64,000 bases of DNA from Nitrososphaeria archaeon (GCA_029775965.1 JARVJU010000010.1:1581-65580), one strand, 5' to 3'. Numbered from the stretch's first letter, positions 22,180 to 32,245 are shown. The notes: generated from the sequence alone by a model not told the origin. Translations and numbers: made by a program.

Positions 22180-22532
22180 ATTACATCATTTTTTAATTCA
22201 CCAATTTGGTTATAATAGGGTATCTGTGCAAGACTGCATATCTGCACTTGTAAATCCTCTTTTGTTGTAATTTGTGTATAAATGACTATATACAGAATGA
22301 GAAAATAAGTTGTCATAGAGAGCAACATTACATTTTATATCTGGTACATGCTCTTTGCAAGTTATCCTTGCTTCTATTCATGCTAGCAGTGCGTATGGCT
22401 TACATGAATTCACCTAGTTCCTTTTATTGTCTAATCACATGCCTAAAATCGATATATGTCCATAGCTCTGAAGACAATCATAGATTCTGATATACTCCCA
22501 CTCTTGAGAGGTGTGAGTTTCTAGTATCCCTT

Positions 22533-23048
22533 GGGTTCAAAGAGTTGCAGTTCTAGGCGTATCATTACTGCCTTTGTATACGTCTTTGTCTGTATGCAAT
22601 TGACCTATGCTTTCCACTAAAGGCGGGAGCAATGCTAAATTGACTCCAGCATTAGCATCAGCATGGTCAATAGCCGCGTTGGCACACAAATTCCTTTTCT
22701 TCTCTTCTCTTCTCTTCTCTTGCCCCTATGCTTCCACGTCGGGAACACTCTTTCGATGTGTTCTTCGGCTCAACGTAGGCAATAGTGATACCTCTCAGAT
22801 TAGCCTTCTATTCAAGGTATTTTTGGACTTGGCGGACTGAAGCCTCTGAAGCGACGTATCCGCTAGGTATGTCTTTGCTCTACATGCCAAGGCGACATAT
22901 TTAGCCATTAGCTTGGAGAACAAATTTATCCCACTGCTAAAGCGATGTCGGCTTTGTTCTCCAAACCTCTCTTTGGGGAAAGTCAATTTTACAACAAACG
23001 GGGATACCAAAAACTTTAAAGACTTTTTGAATTTTTCTCCGGATAAAC
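22533..23048 (-). pseudogene. tnpB: Decayed IS200/IS605-family tnpB relic (C-terminal part; frameshifts, stop codons, internal deletion)
   Basis: Minus-strand translation across frames gives LRGITIAYVEPKNTSKECSRRGS (the zinc-finger CxxC degraded), EFVCQRGY, then a shifted NAAIDHADANAGVNLA (HxDxNAAxNI-like RuvC-III). The N-terminal two thirds are absent. Confidence 0.6.
22698..22722. repeat. Pentanucleotide microsatellite (TCTTC)x4 + TCTTG inside the tnpB relic
   Basis: Direct reading of 22698-22722. It encodes the REEKRREEK stretch of the relic on the minus strand. Confidence 0.85.
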
Positions 23049-23936
23049 TTGAATATAATTCCATGGCTCAAAGAAACCTTCGAACCCACTCTTCTTATGA
23101 GCGTCTTATTGGTTTCTCTTGGAGGTGCGGCTGCATGGTTCAAAGGCGATTTGAATATACCTCTGCTACTCATAGCTATGGTTGGGGCAGTACTCATACA
23201 GAGCTCAGTTAACCTCCTTAATGATTATTATGATTTTGTAAGAGGTGTAGACTACATGACAGAGAAGACACCTTTCAGTGGTGGAAGTAAATACCTTGTG
23301 GAAGGTCTTATTTCTCCAAAGGGGGTTTACATTTACGGAATATGTTCTCTCTGCGCTGCGAGCTTAATAGGAATATACTTTTCTTTAACAAGGAATATTC
23401 TTCTCTTCCCAATAGTGATTGAAGCTATATTGTCTACATATTTCTATACAACTATCTTAGCCAGATGGTACCTTGGCGAATTTTTTGCGGGGCTAAATCT
23501 AGGACCTTTAGCTGTCTTAGGAGCATATATTGTGGCTAGTGGCTCTACTGGCATGTTTCCTATAGTTGTTGGCATAGCACCCGGGTTGATGATAGGTAAC
23601 ATTCTTCTTATGAATGAAATTCCTGATATGGAAACTGACTTCAAAGCCTCCAGAAGGAATCTCGTTACCCTCCTGGGAAAGAAGCATGCTGCATGGCTTA
23701 CCTTTGTTATCGGTATTTTGGCGTATGCTTGGATAGCCTTTTCAATAACGATGTATCTTTTGCCTTTAGAATGTGCTTTGGCCTTTATATCACTTCCTCT
23801 CTTCATATCAGGAGCTATATTATGCATAAGAAATTTCTCTTCTACAAAGAAGATGATACCTGCCCTTGGGTTAAATGTCATTTCTGCTTTAATGACTATA
23901 ACCATTTTGATCATCTCGCTTGTAATAGCAAAATAG
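23049..23936 (+). CDS. menA: UbiA-superfamily prenyltransferase, MenA-like (DHNA polyprenyltransferase)
   Basis: PWLKETFEPTLLMSVLLVSLG aligns with the MenA N-terminus (WL...RPKTL...G). NLLNDYYDFVRGVD is the first Asp-rich motif. 8-9 TM helices. TTG start. Confidence 0.78.
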   Translation: MNIIPWLKETFEPTLLMSVLLVSLGGAAAWFKGDLNIPLLLIAMVGAVLIQSSVNLLNDYYDFVRGVDYMTEKTPFSGGSKYLVEGLISPKGVYIYGICSLCAASLIGIYFSLTRNILLFPIVIEAILSTYFYTTILARWYLGEFFAGLNLGPLAVLGAYIVASGSTGMFPIVVGIAPGLMIGNILLMNEIPDMETDFKASRRNLVTLLGKKHAAWLTFVIGILAYAWIAFSITMYLLPLECALAFISLPLFISGAILCIRNFSSTKKMIPALGLNVISALMTITILIISLVIAK

Positions 23937-23950
23937 GCAGATGAGTTGAA

Positions 23951-24571
23951 ATGGAAAAAAATGAGCTCATACCTGCAACTTCTTCGATTATCACAGCATA
24001 CTTCTTGTATTTTGTCACTTTCTACGTAAGACCTTTGAATTTTTGGCTGGATATATCCGTTTCAACGTTCATCTTTTTTATCCTTGCAGTCATTTTTTCC
24101 AAACCCTTCCCCATAACATGGCCGGCAAGGTGGAAGAATTTAGTAATTGGTTTTCTATCAGCCATTCTATTATATTTTATATTTCTTATAGGAGGTGAAA
24201 TGTCAAAATTTTTGCCATTCGGGACAAGCGGGATAAACTCTATATATTATTTGGCTATGTATCAAAATAAAATAGTACTTACTTTACTTTTAATATTTCC
24301 TATTTCAATAGGCGAGGAATCATTATGGAGAGGGTTCATACAGTATAAGCTAGCAAGAAGATACGGAGGTTGGGTCGGGTATATAGTGGCAGTCCTCGGT
24401 GATTCTACTACTCATATATCCTCTCTGAATCCTATCCTTGTAATAGCTGCATTTGTATCAGCTTTGGTATGGGCCTATCTGTTTAAAGCAACAAATGACC
24501 TCAGTACATCAATTACTTCGCATATAGTATGGGATATTCTCATCTTCGTACTCTTTCCCATACGTGTATGA
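23951..24571 (+). CDS. CPBP-family intramembrane glutamic endopeptidase (CAAX protease/Abi)
   Basis: EESLWRGFIQ (EExxxR) and SHIVWD His motif; multi-TM. Confidence 0.8.
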   Translation: MEKNELIPATSSIITAYFLYFVTFYVRPLNFWLDISVSTFIFFILAVIFSKPFPITWPARWKNLVIGFLSAILLYFIFLIGGEMSKFLPFGTSGINSIYYLAMYQNKIVLTLLLIFPISIGEESLWRGFIQYKLARRYGGWVGYIVAVLGDSTTHISSLNPILVIAAFVSALVWAYLFKATNDLSTSITSHIVWDILIFVLFPIRV

Positions 24572-24606
24572 TAAGTGTTAATAGCTATTTATAACCAGCC
24601 TGTGTT

Positions 24607-25587
24607 ATGCCTAAAAAGATAGGCCTTGCGGTTGCTGGAAATATACCTTTAGCTGAGCTTGCTGTTTTTACAGAGAAGGCAGAAGCAGCTGGGTTTGATT
24701 CCGTCTGGATTCATGAGACGTATTTTATGAGAGATGCTATAACTCAATTAGCCGTAGCCGCTGCTCACACAAAAAGGATTAGGCTTGCTACAGGCTGCAT
24801 AAACCCCTATACCAGGAATACTACTGTTATAGCAATGACATTAGCTACACTCAATGAATTTGCGCCTCGTAGGTTGATTCTTGGTCTAGGAACAGGTTAT
24901 CCTTTCAGGCTAAGCCAAATGGGAATACATATACATAGCCCTCCTCTGGACCTTATGAAGAGAGTTCAGGAGATACGTCAGCTTCTCCATGGCAACGCTA
25001 TATTGAATGGGTCAAAGCTGATGTTCACTAGCTCATTTACGGAAATTCCCGTATTTATTGGAGGGAGGAAGCCTAGGATGCTAAAGATTACGGGAAGGAT
25101 AGCAGACGGATACATAGCTGCACCTGCTGAGTCAGTACAGTCGCTTAAAATTCTAATACAGAAGGTTGAAGATTCTGCAAAGTATTATGGTAGGAAGGAC
25201 AGAATCAGTGTAGCTGCAAACATTTTAACCCATGTTTCAAAGGATGCTGATCGTGGGTATGAAGAAGCAAGAAAGGATCCGTTTATGGTATACATGATGT
25301 CTGTTATGGAGGATGATACGCTCTTGGCCAGCGGTTTCGAATTAGAATGCAAGAAGGGAATAGCTGAAAGGTATTTCAGCGGAAGGATTCAAGAAGCTTC
25401 AGAGTTGGTAAGTGATGATATGCTTGATGCCTTTGCTGTCGTAGGGAAAAAAGAACAGGTGATAGATAAGCTAGAAAAGTTTTACAACGCAGGGATAGAT
25501 CTTCCACTTATCTTACCAATAAAGACGGATAAGGATTCGATTAACAGCATAATAGAGACAGGTTCTGCCATCGCTCAATGTATTTAA
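24607..25587 (+). CDS. LLM-class F420-dependent oxidoreductase (Mer-like)
   Basis: AGFDSVWIHETYF, LILGLGTGYP, ADGYI. Second LLM paralog in the window. Confidence 0.78.
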   Translation: MPKKIGLAVAGNIPLAELAVFTEKAEAAGFDSVWIHETYFMRDAITQLAVAAAHTKRIRLATGCINPYTRNTTVIAMTLATLNEFAPRRLILGLGTGYPFRLSQMGIHIHSPPLDLMKRVQEIRQLLHGNAILNGSKLMFTSSFTEIPVFIGGRKPRMLKITGRIADGYIAAPAESVQSLKILIQKVEDSAKYYGRKDRISVAANILTHVSKDADRGYEEARKDPFMVYMMSVMEDDTLLASGFELECKKGIAERYFSGRIQEASELVSDDMLDAFAVVGKKEQVIDKLEKFYNAGIDLPLILPIKTDKDSINSIIETGSAIAQCI

Positions 25588-25643
25588 TTACAAACTCTAG
25601 TGGACACAAAAGATTTTTAATCATGTACTTTTAAAATGGCTAT

Positions 25644-25985
25644 ATGTTTAGCAAGGAATTCTCAGTAGCTGTTATGGTCAAAGATGCTAGAAAGTCTGTC
25701 CAATGGTATAAGGAAAAGCTACACATGGAATCATCAGTAGCAGAACACTGGGTAACTGTGTGGAATAACGGTTCTAACTGGAAGATACATCTGTGTGAAG
25801 GAAACCCAGAACCTGGAAATACTGGTATAGCTCTTTATACTGATGATTTGACCAGGCTTGCAGGCCAACTAAAGAAGGAGAATGTCATGTTTGTAAAGGA
25901 TGTCACTAAGGAAAGCTGGGGGACTTATGCACAGATAAGTGATCTGGATGGAAATATAATATGGCTCATTGAAGGAAGCCCTTAA
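25644..25985 (+). CDS. VOC/glyoxalase-family protein
   Basis: 113 aa with a beta-alpha-beta-beta-beta layout: VAVMVKDARKSVQWYKEKL, DLDGNIIWLIE. Confidence 0.7.
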   Translation: MFSKEFSVAVMVKDARKSVQWYKEKLHMESSVAEHWVTVWNNGSNWKIHLCEGNPEPGNTGIALYTDDLTRLAGQLKKENVMFVKDVTKESWGTYAQISDLDGNIIWLIEGSP

Positions 25986-26055
25986 TTTTTCACATGCCTT
26001 ACATATTTGTTAAATTCGGCTATAGTTGTTGCCAGAATTAGGCTCATTATCTCAT

Positions 26056-26259
26056 CTAATTGGACATGATAGCTTCTTCATTAAGCTTTCTTTCCTCTCT
26101 CATAAGGAAGAGTGAGGCAACTATACCAGGAAGCATAAATGCCCATCCGAGTGGATTAGCTAAAATAAGCAATATCAGACCATAGACAGAAACTAGAAGT
26201 ACAATTACAGAAAGCAATCCAAACAGAATTCTCTTGCTGTTTGCGTTCATCGTGTGCAT
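26056..26259 (-). CDS. Small two-TM membrane protein, hypothetical
   Basis: 67 aa with two hydrophobic helices. No motif. Confidence 0.4.
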   Translation of the reverse strand: MHTMNANSKRILFGLLSVIVLLVSVYGLILLILANPLGWAFMLPGIVASLFLMREERKLNEEAIMSN

Positions 26260-26339
26260 TCAGCATATACTGCTCCTTTTATTTATATCGTCAATTGTGT
26301 GAAATATAATTATACCACAAAATTATCTGTCTGAGTATT

Positions 26340-27095
26340 ATGGTAAAGATAAGATTTGGAGAAGGAGAAGGATGGAGCTGGCAACTCTTACTTCCAGGCG
26401 TTCCTGCAGTCTCAAACAGAGGCTATCTTGGATGGTGTTCTGTGTCTCTGCTATCATTTCATGAAAAGGGTAGATTACATTATGGACTGTTTGATACCGG
26501 GAATGTTGGAGATAGAGCAGAGTTGTTATCGTCTCTTAAAAGAAGAAAGATTGACCCATCAGAGATAGAATTCGTTATACTATCCCATCTGCACTATGAT
26601 CATATTCTGAATTCTGAAATGTTCAAAGAGGCAGAGGTGTACGTTTTACATTCTGAAGTTGAGTATCTAGAATCTGGCGCAAGAGGGGATCTTTATTACC
26701 CTAAAAGCTATATTAGAGAGATCAAAAGAAAGCTTACAACCGTAAGCGCTAAAGATAAGTTGTACGAAGGAAGCTTTATCGAACTGCCTGGTCATACGAA
26801 GGGAAGCATGGGATTCCTAATCGGTAGAACTCTCTTTGCCGGAGATGCACTCAAGTACTCCTCAGAAGCTAAAATGCGCAGAATCATTAATGCATGGTAC
26901 AGCTTAAAGCTGGCTAATAAAAGCTTGCAGACGATGCTTTCGCTGGCTGATATAATAATTCCCGGTCATGATTCACCCATAGCAATTTCGAACGGCTCGG
27001 TTAAATATCAACACAGAAAAGAAGTTGGAATAACCCTAAGAGGGTATGGAAACAAGTTGACGATCAAAGAGCCAGAGTCACAACAGCAACCATAG
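26340..27095 (+). CDS. MBL-fold metallo-hydrolase
   Basis: ILSHLHYDH (HxHxDH), LPGHTKGS, IPGHD. Confidence 0.8.
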   Translation: MVKIRFGEGEGWSWQLLLPGVPAVSNRGYLGWCSVSLLSFHEKGRLHYGLFDTGNVGDRAELLSSLKRRKIDPSEIEFVILSHLHYDHILNSEMFKEAEVYVLHSEVEYLESGARGDLYYPKSYIREIKRKLTTVSAKDKLYEGSFIELPGHTKGSMGFLIGRTLFAGDALKYSSEAKMRRIINAWYSLKLANKSLQTMLSLADIIIPGHDSPIAISNGSVKYQHRKEVGITLRGYGNKLTIKEPESQQQP

Positions 27096-27915
27096 CTGAA
27101 ATGATACCTAGTAACTTATATGCATCTAGCTTCTCTCCCAGAATTATAAAGCCCAGGACAGAGGTAAAGGTAAAACTTAGCTGGGATATAGGATATATTA
27201 TGTTTACAGGCTGAAGTTTTAGAGCCTCATTCAAAACTATTAGAGAGAAAGAAAGAAGCACTCCGCAGAAGGGTGCTTTTGAAACTTCTGCCTTGCTGAA
27301 GGTTAGTTTACCCTTGTATGCCGAATATAGAAAGGCTATTGTAATAAAGGAAAGACCCTGCATTGTTATCAGAGCTACGGGATTAATGCCGAACCCTAAT
27401 GCCACCTTATATACAAAACCAGATAAGCCATACAGTATCATAGCAACCAATGTCATAACTATGTTTCTTACCTCTGCGAATGAGGAACCTCCTCTCCACG
27501 AGAAGAATATTATTGCAAGTATTGAGAATACACTTCCCAATAGTTGAGTAATTCCAAATTTTTCGCCCAGCATGATATAAGCCAGAAGAGATGTTATAAG
27601 GAAATTAAGACGAAATATCGGTGCACCACTGCTTACATCAATAGCTTTCAAGCTTGTTATAAAAATTAAAAATGCTGCATACAGCATAACAGCTTCTGAT
27701 AAGCCAGAAATAATCAGAGTAATGGTAAACATCATCTGCTGGTGTGTTAATAACAGAGCAGCAACGTCTGTTAAGTTAAAGAATACGGCTTGAAGTAATA
27801 AAAATGCCTCAGGTGTGGCTCCTCCTGATCTTGCCATTTTGTAGAGAAAGTCAGAAGAGCCTATACCGAGTAGACTGGCCAGAGCAAAAATAATTGCATA
27901 AGAATAGCTTATCAC
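27064..27915 (-). CDS. EamA/DMT-family transporter
   Basis: 283 aa, 10 TM, duplicated 5-TM halves (LGEKFG, LGEKLD). Confidence 0.75.
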   Translation of the reverse strand: MISYSYAIIFALASLLGIGSSDFLYKMARSGGATPEAFLLLQAVFFNLTDVAALLLTHQQMMFTITLIISGLSEAVMLYAAFLIFITSLKAIDVSSGAPIFRLNFLITSLLAYIMLGEKFGITQLLGSVFSILAIIFFSWRGGSSFAEVRNIVMTLVAMILYGLSGFVYKVALGFGINPVALITMQGLSFITIAFLYSAYKGKLTFSKAEVSKAPFCGVLLSFSLIVLNEALKLQPVNIIYPISQLSFTFTSVLGFIILGEKLDAYKLLGIISAMVAVVTLAL

Positions 27916-27996
27916 TTGCTAAGACTCCGTTATTTGCACAAGTAGAGATATTCTTCAAATTTCTCTGTCAGTTTAATAATGCCAGTAAACATGTGC

Positions 27997-29208
27997 CTAC
28001 AAGGCATTTTTCTCGGTCTCCTTGGCAAAAGCAGAAAAGAGAAAACCTAAAAGTACGATTGCTGCGCCTAAGTAGAATCCAACAGCTAGACTGTTCGTAA
28101 AATCAGCTATTAAACCAGTTATAAGAGGAGCAAGAATCGAGGATGACATGGCAGCTACGTTTAACATCGCTAAGGCACTGCCTATCTGCTCTTGAGGAAC
28201 CAGTTCTCCAACCCAAGCTATTACAATAGGATCAAGCGTTAGCTTTCCTATAACACCATATCCAGCTATAGCAAGAAGCACTTCTAGCAGACTATAGCTT
28301 CTTGCCATAAAGAATATCGTCAAAGCTGCTAGTGGGAGTATCACCATAGCAATTCGCTTTCTCCCCAACCTGTCAGAAAAGTGGCTTATCGTTATTGAAC
28401 TCGGGATCGCAATGGCCGAAAATATGGCTGTAGCAGCACCGCTGTACAGTATACTCAACCCTCTTGATTCTTGCAAGAAAGCAGGCCCCCATGTTAGTAT
28501 TACCCAGTAACCGTAGAGAGAGCAGAACATTGCGGCACAAAGCATTACAAAGCTTTTGTTCTTGAGAAGCACAGAATAGAACTGTGTTATCTTATCGTTC
28601 TTTTTTCTTTCATTAGGTATCTCGTTGGTAGTCTTCCAGAGAAGAAATGCCACTAGCATAGTAGGAAAAGAAAGAAGAATCAGCATTGTCTGCCAGCTGG
28701 CAAAGAGTTTGAGTACAGGACCTGCTATAAGTAGGCCTGCAATAGTACCAAAACCCATTCCAGAATTTATCAGTGAAGATATAAGACCTCTCGATTTGTT
28801 CGTGACCATAGCATTGGATATTCTATAGGCAGTAGGATAGTAGGCTCCAGCTCCGACGCCATGGAGCCCCATAAATAGAACCAATAGATAATAGCTATAG
28901 CCAAGTACACCTGCCGCACCTAATGAAAATGCTGCGAGTAGGAAAAAAGAAACCATCACCTTCCTGTAACCCCATCTCTCTGCAGCTATTGTTGCTGGTA
29001 TGGTTAACCCTACATACGCAAGGAAATATACAGAAACAACGAGTGATACACCAGAGAAAGTAAGCCCAAATTGCTGACGTATAAGGTTCAAAACTGGAGA
29101 TATGCTTAACCTGTCTGCGTAAATCATAACCCATCCAGAGCTAAGGGCTATAATGGCTGAGTTTACTGTGCGTAACCCCTTTGTTCCAGCATCCAGCGCA
29201 GTACCCAT
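27997..29208 (-). CDS. MFS transporter
   Basis: 403 aa, 12 TM. ADRLSISP and DRLGRKR loop motifs. Confidence 0.85.
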   Translation of the reverse strand: MGTALDAGTKGLRTVNSAIIALSSGWVMIYADRLSISPVLNLIRQQFGLTFSGVSLVVSVYFLAYVGLTIPATIAAERWGYRKVMVSFFLLAAFSLGAAGVLGYSYYLLVLFMGLHGVGAGAYYPTAYRISNAMVTNKSRGLISSLINSGMGFGTIAGLLIAGPVLKLFASWQTMLILLSFPTMLVAFLLWKTTNEIPNERKKNDKITQFYSVLLKNKSFVMLCAAMFCSLYGYWVILTWGPAFLQESRGLSILYSGAATAIFSAIAIPSSITISHFSDRLGRKRIAMVILPLAALTIFFMARSYSLLEVLLAIAGYGVIGKLTLDPIVIAWVGELVPQEQIGSALAMLNVAAMSSSILAPLITGLIADFTNSLAVGFYLGAAIVLLGFLFSAFAKETEKNAL

Positions 29209-29308
29209 CCTGCATGGATCTATTTCCTATACCTAAAGATGTTTCTAGGATTGTATGATTAGGTCTTTTTGTGACATCTTTTCATGTTAAAAGCATTATC
29301 TTCTAACT

Positions 29309-29950
29309 TTATGGCTTAGACTTACCATTTCTTTTAGCTATGGTAGAATCATCAGCTCCAGAAATAAAGACAGGCTCATGCTTTCTTGCATCCATTTCGA
29401 ATCGAAATATATCAAAGCGATTATAGGACTCGCTTGCAATATCATGGTATTGCTTCTCTTCTACTATCTTTGATAGATCTATCTGGGCATACACGATTCC
29501 TTCCTTCCCAATCAGCTCCTCGCTTATTACTCTGCCATTAGGCCCTACTACGAAGGTTTCTGGGGGTTGCACTGCCATCAGAAGACTCTCTATATCCTTA
29601 TTTCCTCTTGAAATATACGATATCGCTTCATCATCCAGCAGTGAAGATACTGCTATTGTGAAGAGCTTTCCTTCAAAGGAATGAGTAGCTGCTCTTATCT
29701 TTATGTTCTGCCCAAGCCTATAGTCATCGTCTGTGTTATTCCTCTTGGTGGGCCAAGCTGGAGGGTATGTTGCAATGTGTATCTGCTCTCCCTGAGCTAT
29801 GAGGGAGTATCTAGCAAGGGGGTTTGTATTCTCTCCGCATATAAGAATGCCTACTTTGCCTAGCTCTGTATCAACAGCCTTTAGTTCAGAAGCATCGCCT
29901 AGAGAGTTGCCAAATCTATGTATCTTCCGTATCACGTGACGGAAGGCTGG
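29309..29950 (-). pseudogene. 5'-truncated nitrilase-superfamily (carbon-nitrogen hydrolase) gene
   Basis: Retains the catalytic-Lys region (IRKIH) and the Cys region (KVGILICGEN). It lacks about 100 N-terminal residues, including the catalytic Glu. The frame closes at a stop at 29951-29953, and the apparent start is GTG 29935. Confidence 0.7.
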
Positions 29951-30346
29951 CTACGCAATCCATCGATGGCGGAGGGTTAACTCTATGCCCTCTAGCCCCA
30001 TCTCCCCCTTTGTATGACGGTTTGGATGGACCTTACCCGCTAGCCTGTTGGATGTTGCTGACTGCCAATTGGCGTGGCTTAACCCCCTTCCGGAGGTATC
30101 AGCGGGTGGTGCTCTGAGCAGCTCTGTTATCGCCCTTTCTCCATTGACATCTCCATCACTCTTCCATTCCATTGGTTCGTGATTGAGCATCTGGATTCGG
30201 GGCTGATAACCACAACACTTTATCCGACGCCACTTGGCTCAATGTACATAGGAATAATAGCTTTGGCAGCAAACCTGCTTGTGACTATAGTGATAAGCGC
30301 AGCAATCCCCAGAAAAGTGGCTGTAACTGTGCAAGAACCAGCCTAG
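29941..30346 (+). pseudogene. 3' fragment of a membrane transporter gene (possibly sodium:solute symporter family), frameshifted, no start
   Basis: Two frames join near 30080. They read ...YPLACWMLLTANWRGL then PPSGGISGW...TTTLYPTPLGSMYIGIIALAANLLVTIVISAAIPRK, with stop TAG 30344-30346. The first 180 bp are about 57% GC. The family call was made by eye only. Confidence 0.4.
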
Positions 30347-30429
30347 GCTGCAAAAGGCATCCAGAAATTTTATCTATTATGCTCCATTAGCGCTAACGCT
30401 ATAATGAACAAAAGGCTCCGGGAGTAGAG

Positions 30430-32244
30430 ATGCTAGAAAGTAAAACTACAAGAAGGTTCATCATCCCATTTGAAGGAGAATACAAGCGTATAGAAGATTA
30501 CGGGATAATTGGAAACATGAGGTCTTGCGCACTAGTTGCCTATGATGGATCGATAGATTGGTGCTGCCTGCCAAGGTTCGATTCCCCAAGCGTATTTGCC
30601 TCAATACTGGATAAGGATAAAGGAGGCAGATGGCAGATAACAAGTATTGATAGATGCTATTCTGAGCAGAGGTACAGAGAGAATACGAATATTCTTGAAA
30701 CTACTTTCTTTTCAGAAGATTTCAAAGTAAAGCTCATAGATTTTATGCCTTGTAGAAAAAGAGGAATCTGGTCTGCACCACCTGAAATACATAGACATGT
30801 AGTATGCGAGAAAGGCAAAGCAAGGATGAAGATGAGTATAATGCCTATGTTTGAATATGGTTTGCAGAAGCCTAGGCTCATTCCGACAAAGAATGGAGCT
30901 GTATTCTTATCAAGAAGTCATGAAATGATACTTAGCACAGAATATAACACATTCAAGCCTGGAGATGGTTCTCTATACCTAGATTTTTCGCTTTCAGAGG
31001 GCGAATCCAGAACTTTTGTTCTTAGCTACGGTGAATCCATCCCTAGGGATATAGATGATTATAGGAGCGAAAGATGGCTCAAAGTGACAGAGAAGTTTTG
31101 GACTGATTGGGTAGCATCATTAAGCTATAAAGGCAGGTGGAAAGATGCTGTCATAAGGTCTGCGCTCACACTGCAACTTCTAGTCTACTCTGCAACAGGA
31201 GCAATGGTGGCTGCGCCTACAACATCATTACCAGAGCAGATAGGTGGAAGCAGAAATTGGGATTATAGATACTCATGGATAAGAGATTCTGCTTATTCAC
31301 TCTGGGCTTTTAAGTTAATAGGAAGTAGAAGCCAAGCTGAAGACTATCTTCACTGGCTAATAGATAATAATCCAGCCCTTGACCTTGAGCTTCAACCGCT
31401 TTACACAATAGACGGAAGGAAAGAAACACCTGAAAGGGAGCTGACCCACATGGCAGGGTACAAGAACTCAAAGCCTGTGAGAATAGGCAATGCGGCATCA
31501 AGGCAATTACAGATGGATGCACATGGAAGCATACTTGATGCATTGTACTTCTCCAGCAAACATGGTACTGGTGTATCTGATGAAATGTACTTTAGGTTTG
31601 TCAGACCCCTAGCTTACTATATCAGAAACAACTGGAGAAAACCTGGAAATGGGATATGGGAAATGAGAGGTAAGAAAAGGCATTTTGTCTACACAAAGGT
31701 ATGGTGCTACGTTGGGTTAGATAGAGCGACAAAGATAGCGAAGATGAAGGGGCAAGATGATGATGCAAAAGTATGGATTAAAGAAATGAAGAAGATAAAA
31801 TCCGAAGTACTCAGGAAAGGCTGGAGCTCTGCAAAAGAGTATTTCAAGATGGACTACGACAGCGAATCCTTAGATTCTGCAAACCTGCTTATACCTTTAC
31901 TTGGCTTTCTCAGCCCTAATGATAGCAGAGTGATAAAGACTGTCGATGCAATAAAGAAAGAATTGTCAGAAGAAGGACTTCTAAAAAGATATTCAGCTGA
32001 AGACTCTTTACCTGGAAAGGAAGGGGCGTTCATCCTTTCGAACTTCTGGCTTGTTGCATCTCTTGCAAGAATAGGCAGGAAGAAAGAAGCAGAGAAGATA
32101 TTCGAAAGATTGCTTGGTATGTCGAACCACCTGGGTTTATATTCAGAAGAGATCGATCCATCAAGTAAAAGTATGCTTGGCAATTTTCCGCAAGCGTTTA
32201 GTCATATGGGTGTAATTATGGCTGCGAATGAGTTAAGCAGATAA
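30430..32244 (+). CDS. Glycoside hydrolase family 15 (glucoamylase/trehalase type)
   Basis: IEDYGIIGNMRSCALV, TSLPEQIGGSRNWDYRYSWIRDS, NGIWEMRG, EEIDP...GNFPQAFSH: GH15 catalytic-domain blocks. Confidence 0.9.
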   Translation: MLESKTTRRFIIPFEGEYKRIEDYGIIGNMRSCALVAYDGSIDWCCLPRFDSPSVFASILDKDKGGRWQITSIDRCYSEQRYRENTNILETTFFSEDFKVKLIDFMPCRKRGIWSAPPEIHRHVVCEKGKARMKMSIMPMFEYGLQKPRLIPTKNGAVFLSRSHEMILSTEYNTFKPGDGSLYLDFSLSEGESRTFVLSYGESIPRDIDDYRSERWLKVTEKFWTDWVASLSYKGRWKDAVIRSALTLQLLVYSATGAMVAAPTTSLPEQIGGSRNWDYRYSWIRDSAYSLWAFKLIGSRSQAEDYLHWLIDNNPALDLELQPLYTIDGRKETPERELTHMAGYKNSKPVRIGNAASRQLQMDAHGSILDALYFSSKHGTGVSDEMYFRFVRPLAYYIRNNWRKPGNGIWEMRGKKRHFVYTKVWCYVGLDRATKIAKMKGQDDDAKVWIKEMKKIKSEVLRKGWSSAKEYFKMDYDSESLDSANLLIPLLGFLSPNDSRVIKTVDAIKKELSEEGLLKRYSAEDSLPGKEGAFILSNFWLVASLARIGRKKEAEKIFERLLGMSNHLGLYSEEIDPSSKSMLGNFPQAFSHMGVIMAANELSR

Positions 32245-32245
32245 A

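Noticed and set aside
22272-22490. 72-aa ORF in the dsrE-tnpB gap, and similarly the 52172-52447, 38922-39155 and 39046-39234 ORFs.
   Set aside because: They have no recognisable motifs or ribosome-binding sequences, atypical Cys/His/Leu-rich AT-driven composition, and lie in otherwise non-coding spacers.
23060-23088. GGGTTCGAAGG (minus strand) considered as the missing left end of the first tnpB relic. That would make menA start at the downstream ATG 23097.
   Set aside because: The sequence encodes WLKETFEPTLL. This aligns without gaps to the conserved MenA N-terminus (WL...RPKTL...G). The similarity to the other element's end is only 11 of 15 nt.
29951-30190. 79-aa minus-strand ORF (MLNHEPMEWKSDG...) upstream of the nitrilase fragment, considered as a possible missing nitrilase N-terminus.
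   Set aside because: It is not in frame with the nitrilase fragment and shows no nitrilase similarity (no catalytic-Glu block). It is antisense to the more coherent transporter reading.
29936-30200. GC-rich (~57%) island considered as a structured ncRNA: SRP RNA, RNase P RNA, group II intron end or tRNA. The minus strand contains a CCUCC-GGAA-GGGGG tetraloop hairpin.
   Set aside because: I could not find any of the conserved SRP helix-8, RNase P CR-I/CR-V, intron domain V or tRNA T-loop motifs. A two-frame translation gives a coherent transporter C-terminus with a terminal TM helix. Pseudogene is the better reading, although covariance-model scans would be needed to settle it.
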